From the human T2T-CHM13v2.0 reference genome, Homo sapiens: a stretch of DNA of 64,000 nucleotides. The stretch is taken from assembly GCF_009914755.1 (NCBI RefSeq), contig NC_060932.1; one strand, written 5' to 3'. The position numbers and the translations under genes are program-made. This document shows positions 25,599 to 37,984 of the stretch, piece by piece. The number at the start of each line of letters is the position of its first letter. Within the stretch, counting starts at the first letter, position 1. The notes beneath the pieces are model-generated. The model searched no databases and was not told where the DNA came from. It worked only from the letters and a program-made list of their open reading frames with translations.

Positions 25599-27321
25599 TG
25601 AGTGAATATAGATAACAGAATAATCTTGAGTGGACAGGGCATTGTCAGATTGGATGTTCATGGTTGGTTTATTTGAAGTAGTAACAGTTCAGCTGAGGTA
25701 GAAATGCTGAAAGAACTGCTATAATGGCTTTCTCTGAAAAGAATTATCAGTACCTATGAGATGATACAGTCTACTGATTCCATGTGACTATACCATTAAA
25801 ATCATGTCTCAATTATGAATATACAGTGGTATATTTCAATTTGCCCTTGAAAGCTTTTGACAGCAAAATACTTACATTAAATTTCAGCAACTTGTGATAT
25901 CTTTAAAGTATCTAGATGAGAACTCTAGAAGTTTCTCATAGGTTAGAAAACAATATACCAAAATTTCTACATGGAAAAATATTAATTTACAGATATTTTT
26001 AAAATTTCATTGAAAGGGAAGATATAATATATCCACCTACTTTCCTAAAACGACTAAATAAACAGTATGTTACCAATTTTTATTTTATTTACAAAGTTTA
26101 AACAAAATTAGTTTATATTTCTAATTTAGGGAGTTGAAAAATTTCAGACAGAGGTATTATTAGAAACTTAGTAATATATTTTTATTTCTGGATTTAACAC
26201 CACACACAGAGTACATCACCATACCATAATAAAGGTCAACAAAAAACTCAAAGACCCTGACTTTATCTTTGCAGCAATTATTTTGCCTTAAGTACATCAT
26301 AGCTTAGCTTTGAATTCATAGTACCCAACAAAGTACATATATGTCTCTACATATACATATATAACACATATATAAATATATATAATATACATATATATGT
26401 ATACATATTTTAACTGGAAGATGGTTAAACTCTTCCCACCCATTAATGATTAGTCCGTGTGAAAATACATTTTTGGGTAGGAGATAATATTTTTTATTAT
26501 TCCATGAAGTAAAAATATGAAGAGTATTCAAACTGACTCTCTTGCTTATTTATTTTCCACATTTAAAACTCTGTGATGTTGTGAGCCTGTGTTTTCACAC
26601 TTCAGTTTGCATAGGGAGGAGGTGCATTATCACCAGGATAGATGCTTGTGTGAATGAGCAGTCCAAGCTGATAGCTATGCAGCACTTTCATTAGCACTGG
26701 AAAGTGGTGTTAGCATGACTATACAGAGGTTTTTCTTTGGCTTGACTCCTAGCTTGCTTTTTGATTTTGATTCTGGATTGAAGACTCAATTTGTGGTGGG
26801 ACATCTAAGTGGAGCAATTTCCTAAAATCACTTGGGATACTGGAATATCTCTGGATGCCTAAATATCTCTGGGTAATTTTAGATACATGAACAAACATGA
26901 GGTTATTTTTAATGTTGATTTTATTATATCAGTTTTGCTAAGTATCATCACTTGGAAGGAAAATTGAGATGGAGTATTTTATATCTCCTCACTTATCAAC
27001 ACTAAGATGCTTTGTTCGAATTTTTTTTCTCAAAATGGATAAAAGATGTAAGGTTTTACAACATATGAATGAAAGAATTTAATGCTGGAAGCTAAATATA
27101 ACTACACAGAGTGTCCTCTCTTGAGCATATGGCACTGTTCATTCACCTGACTCTTGCCCTACCCTCCTTTCCAGAATTATCTTCTTCTAATTCCAGTATG
27201 TGAATTATTAAACATGTTTGGGAAAACTCAGCAGAAGCTAGTCTTCCCCAGATATCCATCCCCAAACTTTTCTTTTTCCTTCTTTAATCTACTCACCTGA
27301 AAGTAATAAGAAAAATTGTAT

Positions 27322-27418
27322 GTGTATGTGTGTGTGCACGCATGTATATATGTAATCTCCAAGTGTATGTGTGTGTGCACCCATGTATATATGTAATCTC
27401 TAAGTGTATGTGTGTGTG
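27322..27418. repeat. 41-bp tandem repeat (about 2.4 copies) within a TG/TA microsatellite
   Basis: GTGTATGTGTGTGTGCAC(G/C)CATGTATATATGTAATCTC(C/T)AA at 27322-27362 and 27363-27403, plus a partial third copy. Confidence 0.9.
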
Positions 27419-27479
27419 TGTATATATATATTTACACACACATACACATATATACACATGCACACATACTCTTTCCCTT

Positions 27480-28040
27480 CACGGCCAATGACTCCCCATT
27501 TCATTTTGAACTTATGCCTGAATTCTACCATGATCTAATCCCTGCCTGCTTTTCACACTTCATGTTGATGCTACTCTTCTATTTGTACTCTATGATTTAG
27601 CCATTAATGTGCCCTTTCAGTTATCTGAGCATGTGAAGTTTGCTGCTGCCTAAAGAAATAGTACATGATAGTCTCTGTGGAAATCTCTTGCCCCTCCTCT
27701 GTATTTGCCTGTCCTGTTGTCCATGAGTCTTTGCCTTAAGATGTACAAGCTCAAAGAGACTTTTCTGTCCTGGGAATTTTCTCTAAGTGACTTCCTTCTT
27801 TTATTCTCTATCACTATAGGTATTATCTGACATATATTTACATGTAGCGTTGAAAAATTATAATTTTGTGTATGTATTTGTTTAGTTAATTATAGTCCCT
27901 CTTTCTCACTAGATTGTAAGTTCCACCAGGTCAGGGGTCCTTATTACTTTTGTTCTCCAGTATTTATCCAGTGCTTAGTGGTATGGCTGGCACATAGTAA
28001 TTGCTAAAGGATATTTGGATGAATTTTTGAGTAAATAAAA
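27480..28040 (+). mobile_element. L2 LINE 3' end
   Basis: CACTAGATTGTAAGTTCCACCAGGTCAGGG...CCAGTGCTTAG...GGCTGGCACATAGTAATTGCTAAAGGATATTTGGATGAAT. Confidence 0.8.
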
Positions 28041-28315
28041 CAATATTTCTATTTTTATTTCTCTCTGTTCTATATTGTCATTCCTTTCAAAGTGTGAACC
28101 TTCTGAACTACTGGGAGTAAAAAGGCAGGAGGAGGTAGGGATGAGGGGTGGTTCATAATTTTAAGGCTCTTTCTTTAGCTGCACAAAGACCCAGCCAAAA
28201 TTTTGCAAGGTCCTGTTTATTCATTTGTTCTGCCCTTTTGTTGAGGTTTTGGGATTATTCAGAGGAGAATGCTATGTTGATAATTGAGGAGCAGATATCT
28301 AAGCAAGAATTAAAA

Positions 28316-28363
28316 CGTGTGTACATATATATGTGTGTATATATATGTATCTATATATGTGTA

Positions 28364-28399
<36 letters not shown>

Positions 28400-28410
28400 C
28401 ATATATATAA
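28316..28410. repeat. Compound (TA)n/(TG)n microsatellite
   Basis: Direct reading. Confidence 0.9.
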
Positions 28411-31400
28411 TTTAGATCTATAAAATCAGTTGAGTATATATGTATAGGTCACCCAGTCTTTTTGGGCTAGACCAAACCAAATGTTGGAACTTGACAAAAT
28501 AGAAGAGCGCGTTCAACTAAGTGGATTGTCTGTATCTTTCCTGGTTGGAATACAAGTAGGACACTGCTCCTCCCTGTTTTAATGGCATTATGATAAGATA
28601 ATCCACATGGAAATATAGTAAACAATAATTAGAATAATTATAATAATTAGAAATGTAGTCATTCCAGCTAGCTCCTTTTTAAGAAAAGAACAAAGTATAA
28701 TGAAGGAATTTGAAAAGCATTTGTACCATAAAGAATAACATAATGATATGTGAAACTTAAGTGATGTATAAGAGTTGTTATGTATAAATGTTGAGTTATG
28801 TATAATGTTGAGTTATGTATAAAAGAATTATGTGTAAAAGAGTTAACCTGAGTTTGCTATTGCATAGGCTTCCTGGGCATTGCTGACCTGTTGTCTTTCT
28901 TTTGCTTTAGTCAAGTCATTGTGGGCAAAAATCATATGTTTGCACATCCATGGAGTCTTTCTGCTCTGTTTCTCAGCATCACTACCTAGAAAGAGCCATC
29001 AAAGGAAAAAAGGCAAAAGCTCTCTTTCACATTAAAAGATAGTCCCATGAGGAGAAAATGATTTCCCTTGTTCCCTCTTTCTTCCTGTGATGCTGGTTTT
29101 AGGCTATAATCCTGGAGAGGTAGCATCCATCTGGGGACCGTCATGTAATTAACATGGGGAAGAAATCCCAACATGATGCTGTAATTAAGTAAAAGAGACT
29201 AGGTCCTTATTTAGTCACTGAAGGAATCCCAGAACCAAACACCATTTTAGTGATCAAAAACATTCCTATGGTTCTGGCCACATTTAGTTGGGTTTTCTAT
29301 TATTTGCACCCAAAATAATCTTTTACAGATTTTTTGCCTTTAATATCACCCAATAGATTGGCTTACCCAAGAGAAATTGCAGGAGGGGCAGTCAGGGTGG
29401 GAAGGTAGCATATCTAAGGGATTCAGAATTTTCTGGGAGGTGGAGACTTGGAATATATTTATCACATAATTCTCACAGTCAGTGAAATGGCTGATTCCCA
29501 GAAGTGAATACATATCCTAGTGGAATTATAAAAGGTATTGGTTATATGTATTAAATGGAACCTTACATTAGACCAGTAAAAAAAAATGAAAGCTATTGTA
29601 GAACAGTAAATTAAGGAAATAAATTAAAATAGGATACTGACTATAATACAAACTATAATTTTGTTGTAAAGACTAAAGAAAAGATAGAGCAACAAATCAA
29701 ATAGGCGGACATAGTTGAAATAGTTGACAAAGTAGTCTTTAGAGAATTATTCCTGTATTATGATAAACTCTGGACAAAGAAAATATTGCGATGAGATGCG
29801 GTCTCATTCAATGACAGACATACTGCATTTCCTTACCCCAGATTACAAGGTGTGAAAATATTTAGTAACACTGTTTTCTTTCAATTTTCCATTATATAGA
29901 AGGTTAGTTATTTTCAGAAAGTCAAGCAGTAATGCAGAAAATTGCTCGGTTTGAAAGACTGTTTTTTAGCTTCAAAAGTCATCTGTAGTTCAGCATTAGA
30001 GAAATGTATGATGTTAGGCTATATAAAATTCATTTTTATTCTCATAATAGTGACATTGGTGTTTTGTTAAACAAACTAGCACACTTCTAGCTAAGTAATG
30101 AAATCTTTAGATTCTGAAATAAGTCACTTAGAAACACATAAGGACCAGTTATGTAGCTTTCAATTTTTTCTTGTTTACAAATGTTTTCACCACTTCATAA
30201 CAGGGTTGTTCAAGGAAAGAGCAGTTTTCACTGGAAAGGATTCATAGACCATTGGCAGTGCTTTAACCTTATCACAGTCAGGCTGGGCATCTCCTAGAGA
30301 TTTTTGGATTAAAGGAACTCATGAAGTCATTAATTGGAAAGAGACACAGGTTAAAATTCATTTGGCAGTGATACTTCATATACTCAGTAATAGCAGAAGA
30401 TGGTTAGGGCCAAGCTCTTTCTAACTAGTATTTTTTCCATTATCTTAAAATATGTACTTTGAATTATATTAATTACAGTGAAGGATATAATAACTAGGAA
30501 ACCTAAAATTAGTGTCATTTCTAATGCTGAAAGCATATTAAACATGAGGTCTGCTTGGATGTCTATTTAAACTACAATATTCAAGTGAATTTCTTTCTGT
30601 GGAAAAAATGTGAAATGAAAAGGAGGGGTGAGTTGAAGAGAGGACAAGAAGGGAGAAATGAGAGGAGAGAATTATGATTGTATATGATGTTGGAAGGCCA
30701 AGGCCTAATAAGTTCATTTTTTTCATTCAAGCACATTAATGCAGTCCTCATGAGATTATGGATGCTGCGCTAATGCCAAACACGGCTCCGTGTCATCACT
30801 CTTATAAGCTAGTAGCTCTAACAAAACCTGTAATACTTAAAATAACTATAAAGATGCATTTCAGTGCTACAATCCCAAAATATTCTTACTAGAGTTCAAA
30901 GATCTAAAAAGTCATTTAAGTATATATTCTAGAGTATAGAAAATATATTTTGACATTTGAGAGTTATCACTCAAGTAAAAATAAGTAATATATAGAGGGC
31001 TAATTATTAGTGATAATTGTTAGTAAGATATGCACATCTTCCAATTTTTTAAGATACTAAGCCTAAGGACAAACATATTAATGGGAGAAGAATAATTTTA
31101 AAATTATATAGTGTGATGGATGGTTATAAATGCTATGGAACATGGAAGGGGGATCAGGAGTACAGGGATGGTGGAGCGGGGGCATTATCGTTCTAAATAA
31201 GGTTGTGACTTAGCCAATAACATTTGATAAAGGTTTGGAGGAGGTGAGAGAAGAGTTATAGGGATATCTTGGGAAGAAGATACTTCGCTCAAGGAATAGC
31301 AAGTGTAAAGGTTCTGGGGTAAAAGCATGCCTAACATGTTGGAGGAATAGAAAGGAGGTTGGTGTAACTAATGAGGAGTAAGCAAGGGAGAACAGCCAAA

Positions 31401-31769
31401 GGAAGTGAGGTCAGACTGAACAATACAGAAAATTGTAGTCAGTAGTGAGGACTTTGCCTTTTACTAAGTGAGAGTGGAAGTCATTGGAGGATTTTGAGTA
31501 GAGGAATAACATGATTTGATTTATAGTTTAGAAGGACCTCTGGGTGTTTTGTTGATGGACGCCTTAGGGAGATCACTGAGGAGGCTATTATAGTAAGAAA
31601 CGTGAGAAATTTTGGTGGTTTAGATCACCCAGATCACAGTGACAGCAGAGGGTGGTGACAAATGATCAGATTGTAGATACACATTGACAGTTTAACTGGT
31701 GGGGTTTGCTGATGATTGAGTTTATGGTATGAGAGAAAGAGTGAAGCCAAGGATGACTTGAATGTTTTT

Positions 31770-31844
31770 TTTGAGACCTCGTGATCTGCCCGCCTCGGCC
31801 TCCCAAAGTGCTGGGATTACAGGCATGAGCCACTGCGCCTGGCC
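31770..31844 (-). mobile_element. Internally deleted Alu (75 bp) retaining both termini
   Basis: TTTGAGAC fused to CTCGTGATCTGCCCGCC...GCGCCTGGCC; perfect 10-bp TSD GAATGTTTTT (31760-31769, 31845-31854). Confidence 0.92.
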
Positions 31845-32046
31845 GAATGTTTTTAATTTACACAACTGAAAGATGCATCAGTTGGTACAGCTATGTCTTT
31901 TTCTCTGGTCATGTTTGGTTTGTGCAAGCGGAAATAAGAATATGGTGAGAGTTAGATGTAACCAAGATTGATCTTTTATTCATGTGGGTACAATGAGGCA
32001 AGAGAATGTTAGGGAGTGGAGTATATATGCAAAGAGCTATCATTTT

Positions 32047-32827
32047 TGTTACCGAACTGAACTTGGGTCCATTTGTCTGGTGCAGCAAAGCTAAACATTC
32101 ACATGAGGATTGCAGCAAGAGAAAGTGTGACATTTATTGCAGAGCACCTCGCAAGGAGAATCTGGGAGCTCGTGCTTAAAACCCAAATTCTTGGATGGCT
32201 TGTAGATAAGGAGGTTTAAAGGCAGGAAGGCAGAGGTTATAGGTAAAGTCATAAATCAATACATGGAGACTATATATTGGTATGATCTAGAAAGGTGGGA
32301 CATCTTGAAGCCAGAGCCCACAGGTCATAAGTGGATTAAAAGATTTTCTGATTTGTGATTTGTTAAGGAAGCAAAGCTTTTTCTAAAACGTTGAGATTGA
32401 CAGAAAAAAATGTTAGTTCTGGCCTCTGGGTGTGACTTCCTCAGGCCCTTCAGAAGAGGCCATTTAGAGCAAAGAATGGCAGTCAGGGTTCAGTCATCAG
32501 ATCCTCCTTATCTGAGGTCTACATGCCAACAAATCCATTTGGTGGGGGTCCCGGTTTCTGGAAAACAACTTAGGGATGTAAATTAAGATGTTATCTTTAG
32601 CTTTGATAGAGGACCAAACTTCTTGTGACTCTGACTTTCTTGGCTACTGTTTTAAGCTACTGTTACTTTCTTGCTTATCAGTACTTTCTTGCTCATTTAC
32701 TTCTCAGGACCAGTGAGGTGCCTGGAATTTCCTTTGGAGGAACTCAAGATTTTATTTTATTTTATTTCCATGCTTGGGAGTAGGGGTCAGGGAGTAGGCC
32801 TCTAAGAGGGATCTCCATTCCATCTCA
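32047..32827 (-). mobile_element. ERV1 MER4-group solo LTR (LTR48-like)
   Basis: TGTTACC...CATCTCA termini; MER4-group motif CAGGTCATAAGTGGATTAAAAGATTTTCTGATT; GGTGCCTGGAATTTCCTTTGGAGGAACTCAAGATTTT near the LTR 5' end. Confidence 0.7.
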
Positions 32828-33704
32828 TTATGATAGGCTAAACAATTTAATTTGGATAATAAAATGGTGAGGGTGAGTTGAGGATAGTAGTGGATGAGAT
32901 ATGGAAACTAAGTGCTCAGGAAACTACTGGGCTAGGTTATTAGGAAGATCATTGAAATCGTCAAAATCACAAAAAGTTACAGTTAGTTTGGGAAAGAATG
33001 AAGTCATGATCTGAAATCCTCAAGGAAGGAGGGGAATTGAGTGGCAGTTGGTAGAAGAATAAAATGAAGAAGGGTCATGGGTGGCATCTTGTTTGTTACA
33101 TGAGAATCGAAAGAGGAGAGTGTAGGGAGAATAGAAGGAAATGGTCTGGAAGTGGCAAACAGAAACAACCCATTGTTTCGAAGGCCATGGGGGAAAAAAA
33201 AGCCCCTTAATAGGGCTATAAGAAAACCATTATCCTCTGTGGACACATGGGAGTAAGATGATGATAGAAATATTCAAAGAGAGTGTGTAAAATAATTTTG
33301 CTGATAATTTGATGATTAATTCTAGAAGATCCAATCGTTTCAGGAATTGGAGAATGGTTAGAAATGGGGTCATTTGGGGGATGTAGAAAGATATAAAATA
33401 TTTTCATTGAGGTTGAGATATAACTTTGGAGTCTAGGGCACTCTTGATGGCTGAAGAACAAACAATCCTCATTTGTCCTGGTTCTGTGATTACTGAGATC
33501 AAAGCATGTTACTATCAAATCTCAGTCATCACAGAGCTGTGCAAAGAAAGAACTATAAGTATTCTGAAATAAATGGAATGAGATTGATCCAGCTCTAGTG
33601 AATAAATAAAGCCCACAGGCTGAGTGTCAGGCTGGAAGTCAGGCCAGTGTGGAAACAGAGCTGAGCATCGGAGGACTTATGCAGAGGACCAGGAGTATTG
33701 GTTA

Positions 33705-33726
33705 CAGAGGTGGTTCTCCTGTTTTT

Positions 33727-33757
<31 letters not shown>

Positions 33758-33885
33758 TTTTCTGTGCCTTAGAAATGTCTGGTTGCTTTCAAAAATCCCG
33801 ACACCCAGGCCACATCCGCAGGAATCAGCATTTTAAAAAATTCCCTAAGTTGATTCCAATGGGCAGCCAATTTGAGTGCCACTGT
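33705..33885. mobile_element. MER5-type hAT-Charlie MITE with (GTTTT)n expansion
   Basis: GTGGTTCTC...CCCAGGCCACATCC...GAATCAGCATTTTAAAAAATTCCCTAAGTTGATTCC...TTTGAGTGCCACTG. Confidence 0.7.
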
Positions 33886-34442
33886 GCTACAGTATCTCTT
33901 AATCCTATCATATGCAAATCATTGAAAATATCTGTCATGTCATCATTGCCGATTTTCTCTTCTTCAGTTGTATCTATTCAAACTGTGACAGGGCCTCATT
34001 TTTCAATGGCTTAGCTTGTTATTTAAGTAGTTGCAGAACATCACATTCATCAATTACATGAAATTCTGTGTGGAAAGTTTTTAATGTCATGTTGTATCTT
34101 TTTTCTGCATTTTTAGTTGCATCTTTTTTCTGCATTTTTAGTTGCATATTATTGTTCTATTAAATTGTATTGCCCAGTTTGAAATAATAATTCACTAACA
34201 GATGTTAACCCCATGAATGAGAAGAGATGCAAGATATTTTCATCTTACAGTTTCTTTGCTTTTCTACCTAAAAACCTGTATGTAGAGATTTGTAAAAGGA
34301 AAGATATATTTTTTCTCTGTACATTTTATTTGCTTTACAATATTTATACTTTAAGTAATTAGTATAATTAGATATTTAAAAATTCTTTTTTGCTATCGTA
34401 AATAATGCATTAATGAATACAATAATATATACCGTTTTATGC

Positions 34443-34997
34443 TGTAGAAGTACATATTGCACTGAACAAAGTTGAATGGCAAAGAAGATTTTATTTAAAG
34501 CTATCACAATAGGAGAGAGAAAGACCAAAATGTAGTCTGAACTTGACTGTGCCAAAACAAAGGGTGGGAAGACTTTTAAGCGCTGGGGTGAGCTGGAGAC
34601 CAGAGGCCATCAGTGTTTGCTAATTAGCTTCACCCAAAGGAAAAATAAATGTTCTCTTATTGTTGTGACAGGAGGTAGTTTCATAATTAAAGCAAGGCTC
34701 CAGCAGAAGTTAGGCTTCCAGCATCCCACAAAATTGGGAAACAGCAGCACTATCTCCCTTGATGTTTACATTTGAAAGAGATGGCTGCCAGGTCCTTGAG
34801 AAAGAGATTCCTGGGTTGTAAAACTGGCAAGAGGCTTTTAAAAATATTTACATAAGGGCATAGGAAAAATTTACTATTGCAAGTTTTTTAAAGTAAAGAA
34901 AAAAATGCTGTAAGAAAAGGGAAATCAGGGCCTAGTCAGAAGGAAGCAGGTACGGAGTTTTTCCAAGCTGAGGAGAACCCTAAGGTCTTTTTGATCA
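34443..34997 (-). mobile_element. ERV1 solo LTR (MER67-like) inside an old L1M fragment
   Basis: GATGTTTACATTTGAAAGAGATGGCTGCCAGGTCCTTGAGAAAGAGATTCCTGGGTTGTAAAACTGGCAAGAGGC; TG...CA termini. Confidence 0.6.
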
Positions 34998-35860
34998 ATG
35001 CTTATTTCTCATTATATAAGAGGAGTTGTAAATGGCTAGGTGAGTGCAAGAATGTTTTAAAACCAGTTGATTTGTATTGGGAAATTGCGTTCAGAATATT
35101 TTTTTTTTATTTATCTCCCACTAGTAGAGTATGAGGATTTCCATTTTGCTATGTGTGTGCCAACATGAGATTGTTAAAGAAACTCTTTCCAGATTTTATG
35201 TTTATTTGGACAAATGTTTAAATGAAGAATGAAATATCTCACTTCCAATTACCAGTGAAATTAAACTTTAAAAGATATATTTTTTGTTCTTTTGTAATTC
35301 TTTTTCCAGGACTTGCCATTTTGTAAAGTTTTCTACATTTTTTTATACTGTTTATATTATTTTTAAAGACAACTGTAGTATTATTCTGCTTACTGGTTCA
35401 GAAACAAGAGAAAATCTGTATTGTACCAAGAGCTAATGAAACCTGGGTATTTGTTTTTTCCCTGGAAATTTCACACTTTTGTTTCCACTAGATTCCTTAG
35501 TTTTGAATAAAAGCAACTGGGGTAGGAGACTGTCTGGTTTGAGGATGTTTTCTTATTTTGGCTTCAGGCCAAAGGAATTGCTATATCTTAGTTTAATAAA
35601 ATATTAGACGCTGATACCACTGTTGCATAGAGACAATCACTGCTTGTTGGAGAAAGGAAAGTAAATATTTTACTGTATACATCAAATGATAAGCAAAACT
35701 ATCATGAAGGAAAGACAAAACTTCTTTCATGTGGCATCCCAGCCTCTCTCCCAGCAACAACCACCCACCTACAACACAGCACACCAAGGTCCATATCTTC
35801 CATGTTTTAATTGTTACATTAAATATTCTTGGTTGTGGCACTTTGATAGTCACCTCTTGT

Positions 35861-36314
35861 TTTCATGCGCGTCTGTGTGAAGAGACCACCAAACAGGCTT
35901 TGTGTGAGCAACATGGCTGTTTATTTCACCTGGGTGCAGGCGGGCTGAGTCCGAAAATAGAGTCAGCAAAGGGAGATAAGGGTGGGGCCGTTTTATAGGA
36001 TTTGGGTAGGTAAAGGAAAATTACAGTCAAAGGGGGTTTGTTCTCTGGCGGGCAGGAGTGGGGGGTCACAAGGTGCTCAGTGGGGGTGCTTTTTGAGCCA
36101 GGATGAGCCAGGAAAAGGACTTTCACAAGGTAATGTCATCAGTTAAGGCAAGGACCGCCCATTTACACTTCTTTTGTGGTGGAATGTCATCAGTTAAGGT
36201 GGGGCAGGGCATATTCACTTCTTTTGTGATTCTTCAGTTACTTCAGGCCATCTGGGCGTATACCTGCAAGTCACAGGGGATGCCATGGCTTGGCTTGGGC
36301 TCAGAGGCCTGACA
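35861..36314 (-). mobile_element. HERV-H LTR7 solo LTR (type I), 454 bp
   Basis: Reverse complement starts TGTCAGGCCTCTGAGCCCAAGCCAAGCCA and ends GACGCGCATGAAA; perfect 5-bp TSD CTTGT; TATAAAA at 35991-35997 and AATAAA at 35920-35925 on the minus strand. Confidence 0.96.
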
Positions 36315-36440
36315 CTTGTTTACATACTTTGGCCTTTTTAAGTCCCCCTATCTTTATATGTTCATTAAATTCTGAAAGCTTCAGTGTTTCTCAGTAACAA
36401 CCATAAATCATTGGAGAAAAGTAGTATATTGAAATTACTG

Positions 36441-36534
36441 TAATACTTTTGATATGTATAATACTTTTGATATCTTTCAGATCTCTAATACTTTTGATAT
36501 CTTTCTATAATACTTTTGATATCTTTCAGATCTC
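36441..36534. repeat. Higher-order minisatellite: four copies of TAATACTTTTGATAT with alternating linkers
   Basis: Core starts at 36441, 36459, 36486 and 36508; linkers GTA / CTTTCAGATCTC / CTTTCTA / CTTTCAGATCTC. Confidence 0.9.
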
Positions 36535-37984
36535 TTTTCCATATCTATTACTTTTATCTCTTTTCAAGTAATGAATTGATTGCGTATTCTAAAATAAACA
36601 CTATTCTATACTGTTGAAATACTGAAATGAAACCCTACAAGCTCATTGTAAGGGAACAAGCTTAAAAGTATGTAATTTCAGTGAAGTATATTGGAACATA
36701 GGCTTCATAAAAGGTATAAAAAGAAGTAAGGGAAAAGAGGACGGTGAGACTAAAGTTTACTGAGTGATTTCTAACTGCCAAGCCCTGAGAGAAATCCAGT
36801 CTTATTTAAAAAAGAAGCACTATTGGCTGAAAGACTTGTGAGAAACACTGTTTTGTTTTTAGTTTTGCCCACTTAGAATTTGCCATAGGATCTGGCACAT
36901 AATGCTTAGTAAAAAGGTACAGAAGTTGGGAAAGCTAGTGACATTTGATCTAGTTTTAAAAGATGTGTAGAATAAATGGGCATTTAGAAAATCTTAAAAA
37001 TTCTTTGTACAATATATGTTGTCAATAATTTTATGGTTATCAAAAATATCAGTTGAATTATATTTTCTCTAGGAAATATTAATGGTCAAAAGTTTAACTT
37101 TTAAAACATTGCTTAAAAACTTAAGCCAACATATTAATGACTGGTGAGTACCATGACTTTATTCCTGATGAGAATAATTAAAGCTAGTTAAATATTATGT
37201 ATATTGATTATAAAAATGTGCTTACTATAGATATAATTGTCATCCAGTTTCAAGAGAGCTTATTGTTTGAATGGGAGGTCTTGTATTTTTTAAAAAAGAC
37301 TGTTTTGATCTTGAATTATAACCAATAAAATGGCATTACGTTCATGCAGAGCCTCAATGAAGATAATTAAGAATAAATAGTGGTTTCTGATAAACTGTTA
37401 GTGAAGAGAAGATATCTCACATTTCCCATTGTTCAAATTTAAGAAGCTAAATAATAAAAAATAATATATTCATATATATAATCTAAATATACAAAGATTA
37501 TATATATTATATAATACATGCATTAGGAATATATATTAGCTATATATGGAATCTATATGTGGAACATACATATATATGTACTACTCAGAAAAATAATGTT
37601 ACAGGTTGTTTTGGTATAAAAAGTCAGGCTTGCTGAAACAAGAAAAATAGATAACTGAATTTTGGATATAATAAAATGTGGAGAAACAAATAAGAAGAAG
37701 AAGGTGAAGCAGTGAGAAAAGTTTCAATGCTTGGAGAATAGTTTGTGAATCTTAACCTTTATCATAAAAGGTGAGGAGGTAGGTATGTGCAATAGATATC
37801 CATTTATATTCTTAGCAGTTTGCAATCTGATTTACCCCAAACCTGCAAATTCCAGTTACAAGTGCATACTATTCTATTCTCCTCATATTTCTGTGTTGAA
37901 ATTTTTGTCTCACAGATTTTCTTTAACCTACGTTAGATTATTAACAGAGTACACACAGATCACTTATAAAAGGGAGGGGAGAAA

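Larger units (their letters stand above)
30720..33300 (-). mobile_element. Fragmented L2 LINE, interrupted by a mini-Alu (31770-31844) and an ERV1 LTR (32047-32827)
   Basis: GGAATAGCAAGTGTAAAGG...GGACTTTGCCTTTTACT...GGAAGTCATTGGAGGATTTTGAGTAGAGGAATAACATGAT...GAGTGAAGCCAAGGATGAC are L2 motifs; distal boundary approximate. Confidence 0.7.

Noticed and set aside
36441-36534. Repeat-spacer-like pattern
   Set aside because: Linkers are 3-12 bp and repeat each other; explained by tandem duplication.
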